Source: Gemmatimonadota bacterium (GTDB lineage: Bacteria; Gemmatimonadota; Gemmatimonadetes; Palauibacterales; Palauibacteraceae). From it: 64,000 nt of DNA. The stretch's first letter is position 1, and every line of letters starts with the position of its first letter. A model generated the notes under the pieces. It did no database searches. It was not told the origin of the DNA and saw nothing but the letters and a program-made list of their open reading frames with translations. Where the stretch lies: the NCBI GenBank assembly GCA_039588275.1, contig JBDHAC010000001.1:1-64000 (forward strand), written 5' to 3'. A program made the translations under genes and the position numbers. Of the stretch, positions 37,418 through 47,442 are shown one piece after another.

Positions 37418-40372
37418 ATGCGTGCCTCGATCTTCGCGCGCGGCGTCTGGCGTCGTCACCGCCGCGACCGTCTCATCACCGGAGCCGCGATCGCCGCGAC
37501 CCTCACCGCATCCGGTTTCGGCGCCGCCTGGAGTCAGGAGAGGCCCACGATCGCGCCCGAGGACTACGGGCGCTGGGAGAACCTGGGGCGTGCCGCCCTC
37601 TCACCCGACGGTGCCTGGCTGGCGTACGGGGTCGAAATGGTGGACGAGCAGGCCGAGCTTCGCATCCGGTCTCTCGAACGGGACTCGATGCGCTCCGTGC
37701 CGTGGGGACGGAATCCCGCGTTCGCTCCTGACGGCCGTTGGTTGGCATGGGCGGTCGGTGTCTCGCCCGACGAGGAGGAGCGGCTCCAGAAGGCTGAAGA
37801 GCCTGTCCGACTCGGGGTCGGGCTGCTCGATCTGGCGAGCGGCGAAGAGCGGAGCTTCGAGGAGGTGCGAGGCTTCGGGTTCGACTCGAGCGCTCGGTTT
37901 CTCGCGCTCCACGGGTATGCGCCCGAGGAGCCGAAGGGCAAAGGTGCCGACCTGAGGGTGGTGGATCTCGCCGAAGGCACGACCACCACGTTCGGGAACG
38001 TGGCTGAATTCGCCTGGAGCGACTCCGCATCCCTGCTCGCGCTCGCGGTGTCCACAGGCGGCGAAGAGGGGAACGGCGTCCAGGTCTACGATGCCGACAG
38101 CGGCCGGATCCGGTCGCTCGGGACCTCGGGCTCGGCCTACAGACAGCTCGCCTGGCGCGAGGGCGGGGCCGATCTCGCCGTCCTCCGGTCTCGCGAGCCT
38201 GCGTCCGAAGAGGATGCGACCGCCCACGACGCGCTCGCCTGGCGCGGACTCGATGGCGAGGAGCCGAGCGAGTTCGCCCTGACCGCCGGGGCGGCGGGTC
38301 TCGCGGACTCCCTCGAGGTGGTGCGGCATGCCGCCCCGCGTTGGTCCGATGACGGTCGCCTGATCGCGATCGGTCTGCGCCCCGCCGAGCCCGAGGAGGA
38401 GCCTGAAGACGACGAGGGGACCGAGGAGGACGCAGGGGAGCGAACGGACACCGAGGGAGAGAGCCCCGAGGATGCGGAGGGCGACGCCCCGCAGGACAGC
38501 ACGGCTGCCGAGGACGACGAGCCCGAGCTCCCCGGCCTCCAGATCTGGCACAGCTCCGACCGCCGCATCTTTGCCCGCCAGCAAGCCAGCCAGGACTCCG
38601 ACGAGCGTCGCACCCTGCTCTCGGTGTGGCACCTGGACGAGGCCCGTGTCGTCCAGATAGGCACCGATCAGAGGGCGAGCGCGCAGCTACTCGAGGGATG
38701 GACGCGGGCGATCGAGCAGACGCAGGAGCCCTACGCCTGGGGCGAGATGTTCGGCCGCCCGTACAGCGACACCTGGGTGGTGGACGTCGGCACGGGTGAG
38801 CGCGAGCAGGTGCTCGAGCGCGTACGCTACAACTGGACGAGCGCTGGCGGGCGCTGGTTGGTCGCCTTCGACGGATCCAATTACACGAGTCTCGACTTGC
38901 AGACCGGGGCGCGGTACGACCTCACCTCCGAGCTCCCGACCGTCTTCGCCGACACGGCGTATGACACGCCCACCGACGTCCTTCCCCCGCACGGCTTCGG
39001 TCCCGGTGGTTGGCTTGAGAATGACGAGGCGGTCTTCCTGTACGACGAGCACGACATCTGGCGCGTCTCTCCCGACGGCTCCGGGGCGACGCGCCTAACC
39101 CGTGGCCTCGAGGAAGACATCACCCACCGAATCGTGCGCGAATTCGATCCGAGCCGCGGCGAATTCCGGACGCTTGGCGATGACGACGACGAGCCGGGCT
39201 TCGATCCAGCACAACCGATCTACCTCTCCCTGTACGGGGAGAGGACCGAGAAACGCGGATATGCGCGGCTCGTGCCGGCGACGGACGACGCCGTCGGGGG
39301 CCAGGGCGACGAGTCCAGTATCGAGCGCCTCGTCTACGAGGACAAACGGATCAGCGGCCTCACGAAGGCGGACAGCGCCGACGTGTACATGTTCAACGTT
39401 CAGGCGTTCGACGACCCGCCCGACCTGTTCGTGGCCGGACCGGATCTGTCCGATGCCCGGCAGGTCACCGACATCAACCCCTTCATCAGCGAGTACGCGT
39501 GGGGCCGCGCCGAGCTGGTGGATTTCGTCAGCGAAGGCGGACGGGATCTCCAGGCGGTGCTTCTGTATCCGGCGAGCTACAGCCCCGGCGAGCGCGTCCC
39601 CATGATCGTGTACACCTACGAGATGCTCTCGCCCCAGATACACTTCTTCAGTGCCCCGAACGAACGACGCTACTACAACTTCACCGCCTGGACGCAGCAG
39701 GGGTATGCGGTGCTCCTGCCCGACATCGTGTACCGCGCCCGGGACCCGGGCATCAGCGCGCTCGAATCCGTGCGGGCAGCCGTCGCCAGGATCGTCGAGC
39801 TGGGAGTGGCCGACGCCGACCGGGTGGGGCTGATCGGGCACTCGTGGGGCGGCTACCAGGCAACCTTCCTTCCGACCCGCACGGACATCTTCGCGGCCTC
39901 CGTCGCGGGGGCCCCGCTCACCGACTTCGTGAGCTTCATGGGGGCGATACACTGGAACCCGGGCGTCCCCGAAGTCGACCACTGGGAGACGGGGCAGGCG
40001 CGGATGGAGGTGCCGTTCTGGGACGATCCCGAAGCGCACCGTCGAAACTCACCGATCCACATGGTCCACGAGATGGAGACGCCGCTCCTGATGGCGTTCG
40101 GTAACGAGGACGGCGTGGTCGATTGGGATCAGGGGACGGAGTTCTACAACTTCGCCCGTCGCGCCGGAAAGCAGATGGTCCTGCTCGTATACGAAGGCGA
40201 GGACCACGGCTTCCGCCAGGAGGCGAACCAGGTGGACTACCACCGCCGGATCCTGGAGTGGTTCGGCCACTATCTGAAGGGCGAGCCTGCCCCGGACTGG
40301 ATCACGGAGGGGATCCCCCTGGACGAGCTGGAGGACGAAGCGCGCCGGGTGGCGACGAAGCAGGGGGGGTAG
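37418..40372 (+). CDS. S9 prolyl oligopeptidase family serine peptidase
   Basis: Propeller repeats; GHSWGG, EDGVV, GEDHG triad. Confidence 0.93.
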   Translation: MRASIFARGVWRRHRRDRLITGAAIAATLTASGFGAAWSQERPTIAPEDYGRWENLGRAALSPDGAWLAYGVEMVDEQAELRIRSLERDSMRSVPWGRNPAFAPDGRWLAWAVGVSPDEEERLQKAEEPVRLGVGLLDLASGEERSFEEVRGFGFDSSARFLALHGYAPEEPKGKGADLRVVDLAEGTTTTFGNVAEFAWSDSASLLALAVSTGGEEGNGVQVYDADSGRIRSLGTSGSAYRQLAWREGGADLAVLRSREPASEEDATAHDALAWRGLDGEEPSEFALTAGAAGLADSLEVVRHAAPRWSDDGRLIAIGLRPAEPEEEPEDDEGTEEDAGERTDTEGESPEDAEGDAPQDSTAAEDDEPELPGLQIWHSSDRRIFARQQASQDSDERRTLLSVWHLDEARVVQIGTDQRASAQLLEGWTRAIEQTQEPYAWGEMFGRPYSDTWVVDVGTGEREQVLERVRYNWTSAGGRWLVAFDGSNYTSLDLQTGARYDLTSELPTVFADTAYDTPTDVLPPHGFGPGGWLENDEAVFLYDEHDIWRVSPDGSGATRLTRGLEEDITHRIVREFDPSRGEFRTLGDDDDEPGFDPAQPIYLSLYGERTEKRGYARLVPATDDAVGGQGDESSIERLVYEDKRISGLTKADSADVYMFNVQAFDDPPDLFVAGPDLSDARQVTDINPFISEYAWGRAELVDFVSEGGRDLQAVLLYPASYSPGERVPMIVYTYEMLSPQIHFFSAPNERRYYNFTAWTQQGYAVLLPDIVYRARDPGISALESVRAAVARIVELGVADADRVGLIGHSWGGYQATFLPTRTDIFAASVAGAPLTDFVSFMGAIHWNPGVPEVDHWETGQARMEVPFWDDPEAHRRNSPIHMVHEMETPLLMAFGNEDGVVDWDQGTEFYNFARRAGKQMVLLVYEGEDHGFRQEANQVDYHRRILEWFGHYLKGEPAPDWITEGIPLDELEDEARRVATKQGG

Positions 40373-41214
40373 CCGAGGGCTCCCGCGAGCTCAAGACGCC
40401 CCGACGCCCTAGCGGCCCGGGTCGACGCACGCCCGTCCTCGTGCGTGATGGAGCCATCGAGACTCACGAGCGCTTGGACGTCTGCACGACCGGCCTGGAG
40501 AGCCGCGACGACCGCTCCGGAGCTGTGCCCCAGCAACGCGAGCTTGGCGGGGTGGACGAACTCCAGTTGCCGGGCGACGCCGATCGCGAACTCCAGGTCT
40601 TGTGCCTGAAGCGCGAGGGCGTCAGCGGAGAATGGCATGCGTAGATTCTCGGGGTCGTGTCCGACCTGCGGAACGACGGCCACGGCGTACCCGTGACTCG
40701 CCAGGTACTCCCACAGCACGGTGCTCTCCTGCTGGAAGTCGTTCCGCCCCAACATGTGAACCACGAGCGGAAAACGCCCCGGCGACGGGCTGGCATCGAG
40801 ACGGGCTCGAGTTGGAGCGGCGAGCAGCGCCTGAAAGCGCTCCTCCGAGATGGGGGAAAACTGTCGGCGCGCGACATCCAGATCCCGGTCGCGCAGAAGC
40901 TCGTTGTACGCTTCCAGCTCCGCCGAGGGGGCCTCCACGTCGAGGTAGTGACCGAACCGGAGGGTCTCGGATCGCGGCCTCGCCACACCGTCGCGAAGAG
41001 TGGGATACCAGACGAACAATCGAAGTGGACGCCCGGTGAATGCCGTCCCGAACGTGCGGTCCTCGTCGACCGCGAAGGTGACCTGAAAGCCTGCGCCGTA
41101 GGGACCCGCAGAGAGCGCTCCCCAGAGAGGGGAGCCAGTGGACTGCGCCGCCGCTGGGGTCGCCGAGATCAGGATCGTGAGGGCGGTTGCGCTACAGAGG
41201 CTGGTCGTACGCAT
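40270..41214 (-). pseudogene. Secreted alpha/beta hydrolase, probably C-terminally truncated
   Basis: Signal peptide, GRFPLVV, YLASHGYAV, GHSSG, SLDGS; the sequence then degenerates and runs antisense into the S9 gene with no Asp/His half. Confidence 0.55.
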
Positions 41215-41333
41215 CGGCGTTGGCTCCTTCGATTCCCAGGCGCGGTGAGAACGCCTGGCGACCCCTTGTCGGGAGGACTCGAATCTCGGATGGACGAAAC
41301 GCCCGGAAGGTTGTGCCAACGAGGGATCGTCGC

Positions 41334-41858
41334 CTAGCGCCGAACCGTGCAATTCCCTCCCTGGCTCAACACCACCTGGCCGCTTGCGCTCACGATCTCG
41401 GCGACCACATCGGGATTCGCGGAGGTCTGAATGAAGTCGGGCGCGATGGCGGTGGCACCCGCGGCGATGTCGTCCGGGTCACTGTCAAAGTCGAACTCGA
41501 CCTCATCCCCGACTGTCGCCTGGAGCCCGGACACGGCGGTATTGCCGCCGGACCGGACCCGCGCCTGGTACTGCCCGGAGGCGAGGTTCTTACCGTCCAC
41601 GGAGATCTTGGACCGGACATCGCCGGTGCGGACCTCGCAGCGTAACCGGAGCTCGCCGGCTCGTGAGCTGCTCGAGTCGTCCGAGCTGTTCGAGCTACTG
41701 GATCCATCGGATCCGCTCGATCTCGCGCCCGAGATGTCATCCGAAGCGAGCCCGCTGTTCGGGCCGGTCAGAGAGTTGCCGGAGTCGGCGCCGCACGCCG
41801 CGAGCGCGACTGCTAACCCAACCACCATTACCGTTCCGAGAATCTTCTGCCTGATCAT
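41334..41858 (-). CDS. Hypothetical lipoprotein
   Basis: GGAGG RBS; LAA-C lipobox; Ser-rich linker; beta domain with Cys pair. Confidence 0.8.
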   Translation of the reverse strand: MIRQKILGTVMVVGLAVALAACGADSGNSLTGPNSGLASDDISGARSSGSDGSSSSNSSDDSSSSRAGELRLRCEVRTGDVRSKISVDGKNLASGQYQARVRSGGNTAVSGLQATVGDEVEFDFDSDPDDIAAGATAIAPDFIQTSANPDVVAEIVSASGQVVLSQGGNCTVRR

Positions 41859-42105
41859 CCCTGCCTCCGTCGTCCAGCGTTTCGTTCTCCGCGCGGGAAC
41901 CGGCTCCCGAGCGGGTGACGGCGCGATCAGGCATGGCCTGTTCCCCTTCGCGCGTGTCTGCTAATGCGTTGTCATGTCGTGATATAGCGCGAACGACGGC
42001 GTCGTGAGCCGCTGGGTCGGATCGAGACAGGTGATACCACGGCGTGGAGGGTGTGTAGCGATACGCTACACCCTGGCGGGCCTGGCGGGGATGGGCCCGG
42101 ATGCA

Positions 42106-42134
42106 GAAGGGGCCGGCGTGCGGCCGGCCCCTTC
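42106..42134 (-). terminator. Hairpin downstream of S9 peptidase
   Basis: Perfect 12-bp stem GAAGGGGCCGGC / GCCGGCCCCTTC, 5-nt loop; weak U tract. Confidence 0.55.
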
Positions 42135-42170
42135 GCCTACGAGAAGCGGTGAAAGCTCCTCAGGACATGC

Positions 42171-44231
42171 TTACTGCTGGCTCGCTTCCTCCGCGGCCTC
42201 TTCGGTGATCTCGAGTCCGGTCACGTCCACGGTCAGCTTCTCGATTTGCGCCTCGATGGCCGGGTCCACATCCGGATTGATGCGCCCGCCGAGGCACTCG
42301 CCGAAGAAGGTCTCCATCGATCGATAGAGCGCCATGCGGTTGTCCGAGTTCGCGAACCCGTGCCCCTCGTTCTCGGCGAGCAGGTATTGCACGGGGATCC
42401 CGCGGTCCCTGAGCGCGATCGCCATCTGATCGGACTCACGCTGCGTCACGCGCGGATCGTTCGCCCCCTGCACGATGAGGAGCGGGTCCTCGATCTGATC
42501 CACGAAGTTGAGTGGCGAGCGGGCCTGCAGGTGCTCGATGTCGTCCACGTTCGCCGGATCGCCGACGTGGCGGTAGAACGTCCCCTCGAGGAACGGCCGC
42601 CAGTACGGCGGGAACGAGCTGATCAGCGTGACCAGCGACGAGGGACCCACGTAATCGACGCCGCACGCGAACACTTCGGGCGTGAACGTCAGCCCGACCA
42701 GGGTCGCGTACCCGCCATAGGACCCGCCGTAGATACCGATCCGGTCCGGATCCGCGATCCCCTCGTCGATCGCCCACTGCACTCCGTCCACGAGGTCGTC
42801 GTGCATGGCGCCGGCCCACTCTTTCACGGCGGCGTTGAGGAAGTCCTTCCCGTATCCCGTCGAGCCGCGGTAATTGACCTGCAAGACCGCGTATCCGCGG
42901 TTGGACAGGAGCTGTGCCTCGGAGTCGTAGCCCCACGTGTCGCGCGCCCACGGGCCGCCGTGGACGACCAGGACCATGGGGAGGTTCCTCGGCTCGACCC
43001 CGCGTGGCGTGGTGAGATAGCCGTGCACCGTCAGCCCGTCGCGGGCCTCGAACGAGATCGGCTGCATGTCGGTGAGCCCCGCCCCTTCGAGCCACGGCCG
43101 CGGCCGGAAGAGGAACTCCGACTCGTCCGTGTCACGGTCGTAGATGTACGTGGCGCCGGGATCGGTCGGGTCGTTGAAGGCCACCACCAGCTTTCGCTCG
43201 TCCAGCGTGAGCGATGTGGGGCTAGGCGATCCCTCGTGCAGCTCGCGGATGCGCGCCAGGTCCTCGGCCCACTCCTGAGTCTTCGGATAGAGGCGGACGG
43301 TATCGGCCACATAGACTGTGACGATCAGCTCGTCCGTGACGTCGCTGAAGACCGCCGACCCGAAGTCCACCTCGCCCAGCGGATCGCTCTCGATCTCCTC
43401 GAGCTCGGCGGACTCGAGATCCATGAGCACGAGCCGGCTCAGATCGACATCGCCGTGGTCGCTGTTCAGGTAAAGGCGTTGGTTGTCCTTGTGGAACCGG
43501 AGCGGCGAGACGTTCTCGTCCGCCGGGTAACTGGCCGCGAGCTCCCAATCATCGGCCTCGGTGGCGCGCGCGAAGATGTCGGTTCCGCCCTGCATGTTCT
43601 GCCCGAGGGCCACGCGGACCTTCTGCTCGTGGTCCAGGATGTAGCCGACGTGACGGCCCGGATTCTCGGACACGAGCGTCAGCTCACCCGTCTCCAGGTC
43701 GAGCCAGTGGGGGTCGAACAGCTGCGGGTTTCGGTTGTTGAGGCCGACCAGGATCCGGTCCGGCGTCTCGTCCGGGACCGCGTAGATCACGGCCCGGACG
43801 CCTTCGAAGGGCGTGAGATCGCGCGCCTCGGGGGTGGAAGTGCCATCCACGGGCACGGCGTAGACGTGGTAGTTCTCGTTCCCTCCCTTGTCCTGCACGT
43901 ACAGAATCTTCTCGGCGTCGATCGCCCAGAAGTAACCGGTGACAGGCCGAACCGTGTCGGCCGTCATCTGGAACTCTTCGCCGGACTCCAGGTTGCGGAC
44001 GAAGACGTTCAGCTTGTCCTCGTATGCCTTCAGATACGAGAGCCACTCGCCATCCGGCGAGATCTGGGCTCCGGCGATCTCCGGGTTGTCGAAGAAGTGC
44101 TCCACCGGGATCACGGCAGGCATGCCCTCGCCACTGGCGTAATCCGCGGTAGTCTGCGATGTGTCGGAGCAGGCGGCGGATGCCACGCCTGCGGCCACGA
44201 TCGCGGCCAACGCGAGTCGGTGTCGGTCCAT
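42171..44231 (-). CDS. S9 family dipeptidyl aminopeptidase/acylaminoacyl peptidase (lipoprotein)
   Basis: SAA-C lipobox; VHGGPW, NYRGSTGYG, GGSYGG, GANDPRV, NEGHG. Confidence 0.93.
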   Translation of the reverse strand: MDRHRLALAAIVAAGVASAACSDTSQTTADYASGEGMPAVIPVEHFFDNPEIAGAQISPDGEWLSYLKAYEDKLNVFVRNLESGEEFQMTADTVRPVTGYFWAIDAEKILYVQDKGGNENYHVYAVPVDGTSTPEARDLTPFEGVRAVIYAVPDETPDRILVGLNNRNPQLFDPHWLDLETGELTLVSENPGRHVGYILDHEQKVRVALGQNMQGGTDIFARATEADDWELAASYPADENVSPLRFHKDNQRLYLNSDHGDVDLSRLVLMDLESAELEEIESDPLGEVDFGSAVFSDVTDELIVTVYVADTVRLYPKTQEWAEDLARIRELHEGSPSPTSLTLDERKLVVAFNDPTDPGATYIYDRDTDESEFLFRPRPWLEGAGLTDMQPISFEARDGLTVHGYLTTPRGVEPRNLPMVLVVHGGPWARDTWGYDSEAQLLSNRGYAVLQVNYRGSTGYGKDFLNAAVKEWAGAMHDDLVDGVQWAIDEGIADPDRIGIYGGSYGGYATLVGLTFTPEVFACGVDYVGPSSLVTLISSFPPYWRPFLEGTFYRHVGDPANVDDIEHLQARSPLNFVDQIEDPLLIVQGANDPRVTQRESDQMAIALRDRGIPVQYLLAENEGHGFANSDNRMALYRSMETFFGECLGGRINPDVDPAIEAQIEKLTVDVTGLEITEEAAEEASQQ

Positions 44232-44493
44232 CTTTCGCTCCATGTCGATGGGGGTAAGGCACCGTCCTGGTACGGGGAACGGGCTCCGGGTGTCCTGCGC
44301 GCCCCAGGCTCCGTCTAGTTGTACGGGTGAAGTGCGCAGAAAGTTGTCCGATCGCCGTCCGAGATGCCACTCGGCGGCGCCGGCTCGCTTAGATTGGGGG
44401 TCTGTCGGAGTCAACGCGGGCAGATCCCAGCGGTGTGGTGCGGCGCGGTGCGGTGTGGTTTGGACGAAGGTGTGGGATGGAGGGAGGTGTGGG

Positions 44494-45210
44494 ATGAGGG
44501 GCCGAACCGCGGGGGTTTTCGCGCTGCTGGGGCTGATCGGCGTCACGGCAGCTTGCGCGACGGCGGGCGCGTCGGGATCGGGCGCCGGCGTCGGTGTCGT
44601 GAGACCGACCGCCGGAGCCCGCGGAACCGATTCGTCGCCGGGGCCTGCGCCGCCGGAATCCGGTGAGTCCGGCCGGGCGGCGCGCACCACTCCGCTGGAG
44701 GGTGGCTGCGGGCTCGCGCCCCTCGATCTCCGCCCCAAGTACGTTCTGCCATTCACGGTCGGTTCCCGCTACGAGCTGGTGCAGGGCAACTGCGGGCCGC
44801 ACAGTCACGATGGCCGCTTCAACTTCAGCTTCGACTTCCGCATGCCGATGCGCACGCCGATCATTGCGGCGCGCGACGGCGTGGTGAGCGCGATCCGTCA
44901 AAACAGACCGGATGGCACCGACCGCGTCGGGGACGAGAACTACGTCATCATCGATCACGGCGATGGGGAGTACTCCCGGTACATCCACCTGACGAGGGAT
45001 GGCGCCCTGGTGTCGAGGGGCGAGCGCGTGGCGCGAGGGGATACGATCGCGCTCTCCGGCGATTCCGGGAGGAGCGCCTTCCCCCACCTGCACTTCGACG
45101 TCATCGACGGGTGCGCGAACGGGATCTGCTGGACGATCCCCGCCGCGTTCCTGAACTCCGATCCGCCGATTCCGACTCGCCGCGGCTCTTACACGGCACA
45201 CTCCTTCTGA
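44494..45210 (+). CDS. M23 family metallopeptidase (lipoprotein)
   Basis: TAA-C; H..FDF, YIHL, SGDSG, PHLHF. Confidence 0.88.
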   Translation: MRGRTAGVFALLGLIGVTAACATAGASGSGAGVGVVRPTAGARGTDSSPGPAPPESGESGRAARTTPLEGGCGLAPLDLRPKYVLPFTVGSRYELVQGNCGPHSHDGRFNFSFDFRMPMRTPIIAARDGVVSAIRQNRPDGTDRVGDENYVIIDHGDGEYSRYIHLTRDGALVSRGERVARGDTIALSGDSGRSAFPHLHFDVIDGCANGICWTIPAAFLNSDPPIPTRRGSYTAHSF

Positions 45211-45255
45211 GCGGGATGGATGCGCCGTTGAAACCTCACGGAGCGGTCGGACGTA

Positions 45256-45279
45256 TATTAACCAACCGGTTAGTTAATA
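45256..45279. promoter_or_regulatory. Putative TetR operator
   Basis: Near-perfect 24-bp AT-rich palindrome TATTAACCAACCGGTTAGTTAATA immediately upstream of the TetR gene. Confidence 0.7.
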
Positions 45280-45301
45280 CGCTAAGATCGCGGAAACCCC
45301 T

Positions 45302-45967
45302 ATGAAGACAGTCGCACCCAGAGAACGAAGAGAACGGGACCCGGAGCTCACGAGGGAAGCCCTGAAGGGAGCCGCGCGCGAGGCCTTCGCGCGTGAGGGG
45401 TTCGAAGGGGCCCGGACACGTGAGATCGCGGCACGCGCGGGGGCGAACAAAGCGCTGATCAGCTACCACTTCGGGGGAAAACAGGGTCTGTTCACGGCGG
45501 TCTTGCTGGAGGACGTCATCGCCGCCAAGGAAAACTTCAGGCAGGCGATGGATTCGGCCGGTTCCCCAAGCGCGAAACTCGGCTCCTTCATGCGCGCGAT
45601 GGCCGACGTAGCGAGGGAGAGACCCACCTTCCTGCCCCTGCTCGCGCAGGAGCTGATGAGCGCAGGGCGTCACCTCGAGCCTCACGTGGAGGAAGAGTTC
45701 TTCGGGTTCTTCCACCTGGTACGTGACACGCTCCGCGAAGGCATCGAGGCGGGCGAGTTCCGCCCCGTGGATCCACACGCGACCCATATCAGCCTCATCG
45801 GAGGCCTGGTGTGGTTCGGGCTCACGGAGCCGTTGCGCGAGCGGACGGCCGCGGAAGGGCGCCCCCCCGCACCCAGCGCCACCTGGCCGGGCTATGTGGA
45901 GCACATGCGGCAACTCGTTCTCAGAGGCCTGGCCCCCGCCAGCGAGCGACCCGGCGCGGCAGGGTGA
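45302..45967 (+). CDS. TetR/AcrR family regulator
   Basis: FAREGFEGARTREIAARAGANKALISYHFGGKQGLF. Confidence 0.93.
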   Translation: MKTVAPRERRERDPELTREALKGAAREAFAREGFEGARTREIAARAGANKALISYHFGGKQGLFTAVLLEDVIAAKENFRQAMDSAGSPSAKLGSFMRAMADVARERPTFLPLLAQELMSAGRHLEPHVEEEFFGFFHLVRDTLREGIEAGEFRPVDPHATHISLIGGLVWFGLTEPLRERTAAEGRPPAPSATWPGYVEHMRQLVLRGLAPASERPGAAG

Positions 45968-46016
45968 AGCGGGAGACGGATGTCAGACACGAAGGAGGAA
46001 ACCGTCTCAGACCAAC

Positions 46017-46196
46017 CCGTTCCCATCGCTGTTCGTGGTCGTCGGCGGCCGAGGCATGGCGAGAATCGGTGGGAAGGAGCTCGAGCTCCAGTAGAGGCAG
46101 GCCGTGCTCATCCCGGCCGAAGTGGCGCACGAGTTCTGGAACCCCTTCGACTCGCCGTTCGAGGGGGTGCTGTTGATGTTCGGCGAGGGAGCGTAA
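46017..46196 (+). pseudogene. Cupin domain remnant with in-frame TAG
   Basis: PFPSLFVVVGGRGMARIGGKELELQ*RQAVLIPAEVAHEFWNPFDSPFEGVLLMFGEGA*; TAG at 46092-46094; no proper N-terminus. Confidence 0.6.
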
Positions 46197-46686
46197 CCGT
46201 GGGCCTGAGGGCGAGTGTGCCAGGCTGCGCACCCGCCCTTCTGGCTCACTCGTCCCGCCTCGGTCCTTTCCATTTGCCCCACACCGACCACTCGCCGCCG
46301 CCGGCTCCGCCCGCCATCCAGATCGGGGCAGGCGCCATCTGACCCCGATCCGGACCCGAAGCTGAGACACTTTGGCTCGTAGGCGATTCGTCGGTCAGGG
46401 TCCAGGCCCTCACTCAAGCACGTAACCACCATCCAGAAAACACATTACGGGTTCCGGAAGCCGGATCGGGACAGATCCGGATTGGTCGCGTTCTTGCCAT
46501 CAAAGGGACGCCGGCTTTTCCACGGCGCAAGCGACCTACGTGCTGCCGGCACCAAGCACCCAGCGGAAGAACTTCCCGTGAGGCCGCCGGGTATGATTGG
46601 ATGACCCTGGACGGCTCGACGACGGTTGGGGCCGAGGGTGAATCGACCGCCCTGTCCGTCGCGGGAGCGAAAGAATAGGAGGGCGT

Positions 46687-47367
46687 ATGAGCACCCAGGA
46701 TGGGTCCATTCGCCGTTCAGCGAACGACCGGTTCAAGGAGCGATCTTCCTCGGTCGTTGCGGCCGCACTCGTGCTGGCGGTGGTCGCGCACGCGGCCGCA
46801 TTCGAGTTCTTTCCCACGCTCAGCGCCGCCGACTTCACCACGACGGCAACCGGCATCTCGGTCATTGACCTGCCGCCCGAGACGGAGATCCCACCGCCTC
46901 CGGAGAGAATCGCGCGGCCCGCGACGCCACGCGTCGGTGCGGTCGAGATGGACGAGGATTTGACCATCGCCCCGACCACGTTCGAGAGCAATCCGGCCGC
47001 CACCCTTGGGCCGCCCCCGCCGAATGCGGGCGGCGACCCTTCGCAGAGACCGACGTTCATCCCTTACGATGTCGCGCCTCGGCTGATCAACCGGCGAGAG
47101 GTGGTCGACGCGCTAGCGCGGCATTACCCCAGGAACCTGCGCCAGGCGGGGATCGCGGGTCGGGTCGTCCTGTGGATCTTCATCGATCAGCAGGGTGCGG
47201 TCGTGAGGTCGCACGTAGAGGAATCGAGTGGTTCGACGGCGCTGGATGCGGCGGCCCAGCGAGTCGCCGAGGTGATGCGATTCTCGCCGGCCAAGAACCG
47301 CGATAAGGTGACGGCTGTTTGGATCGCCCAGCCGATCAATTTCGAGGTGATCAACACGATCCGGTGA
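46687..47367 (+). CDS. tonB: Energy transducer TonB family protein
   Basis: N-terminal TM helix with His, Pro-rich linker, YP..AGIAGRV..FSPA C-domain. Confidence 0.88.
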   Translation: MSTQDGSIRRSANDRFKERSSSVVAAALVLAVVAHAAAFEFFPTLSAADFTTTATGISVIDLPPETEIPPPPERIARPATPRVGAVEMDEDLTIAPTTFESNPAATLGPPPPNAGGDPSQRPTFIPYDVAPRLINRREVVDALARHYPRNLRQAGIAGRVVLWIFIDQQGAVVRSHVEESSGSTALDAAAQRVAEVMRFSPAKNRDKVTAVWIAQPINFEVINTIR

Positions 47368-47442
47368 GGAAACCGCGGGCCATCACCGCCTGAACAGTCT
47401 AGAATACCACCAGGCCCGGCCACGCACGCGTGGCCGGGCCAT

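Noticed and set aside
38385..38530. Highly acidic low-complexity insert in S9 peptidase
   Set aside because: Common disordered linker in this peptidase subfamily
45980..46342. 120-aa ORF after TetR
   Set aside because: R/P/G-rich with no motif; the cupin-like signal is in another frame
46483..46497. Sigma-54-like TGG-N8-TTGC upstream of tonB
   Set aside because: The -24 element lacks CAC; too weak to call
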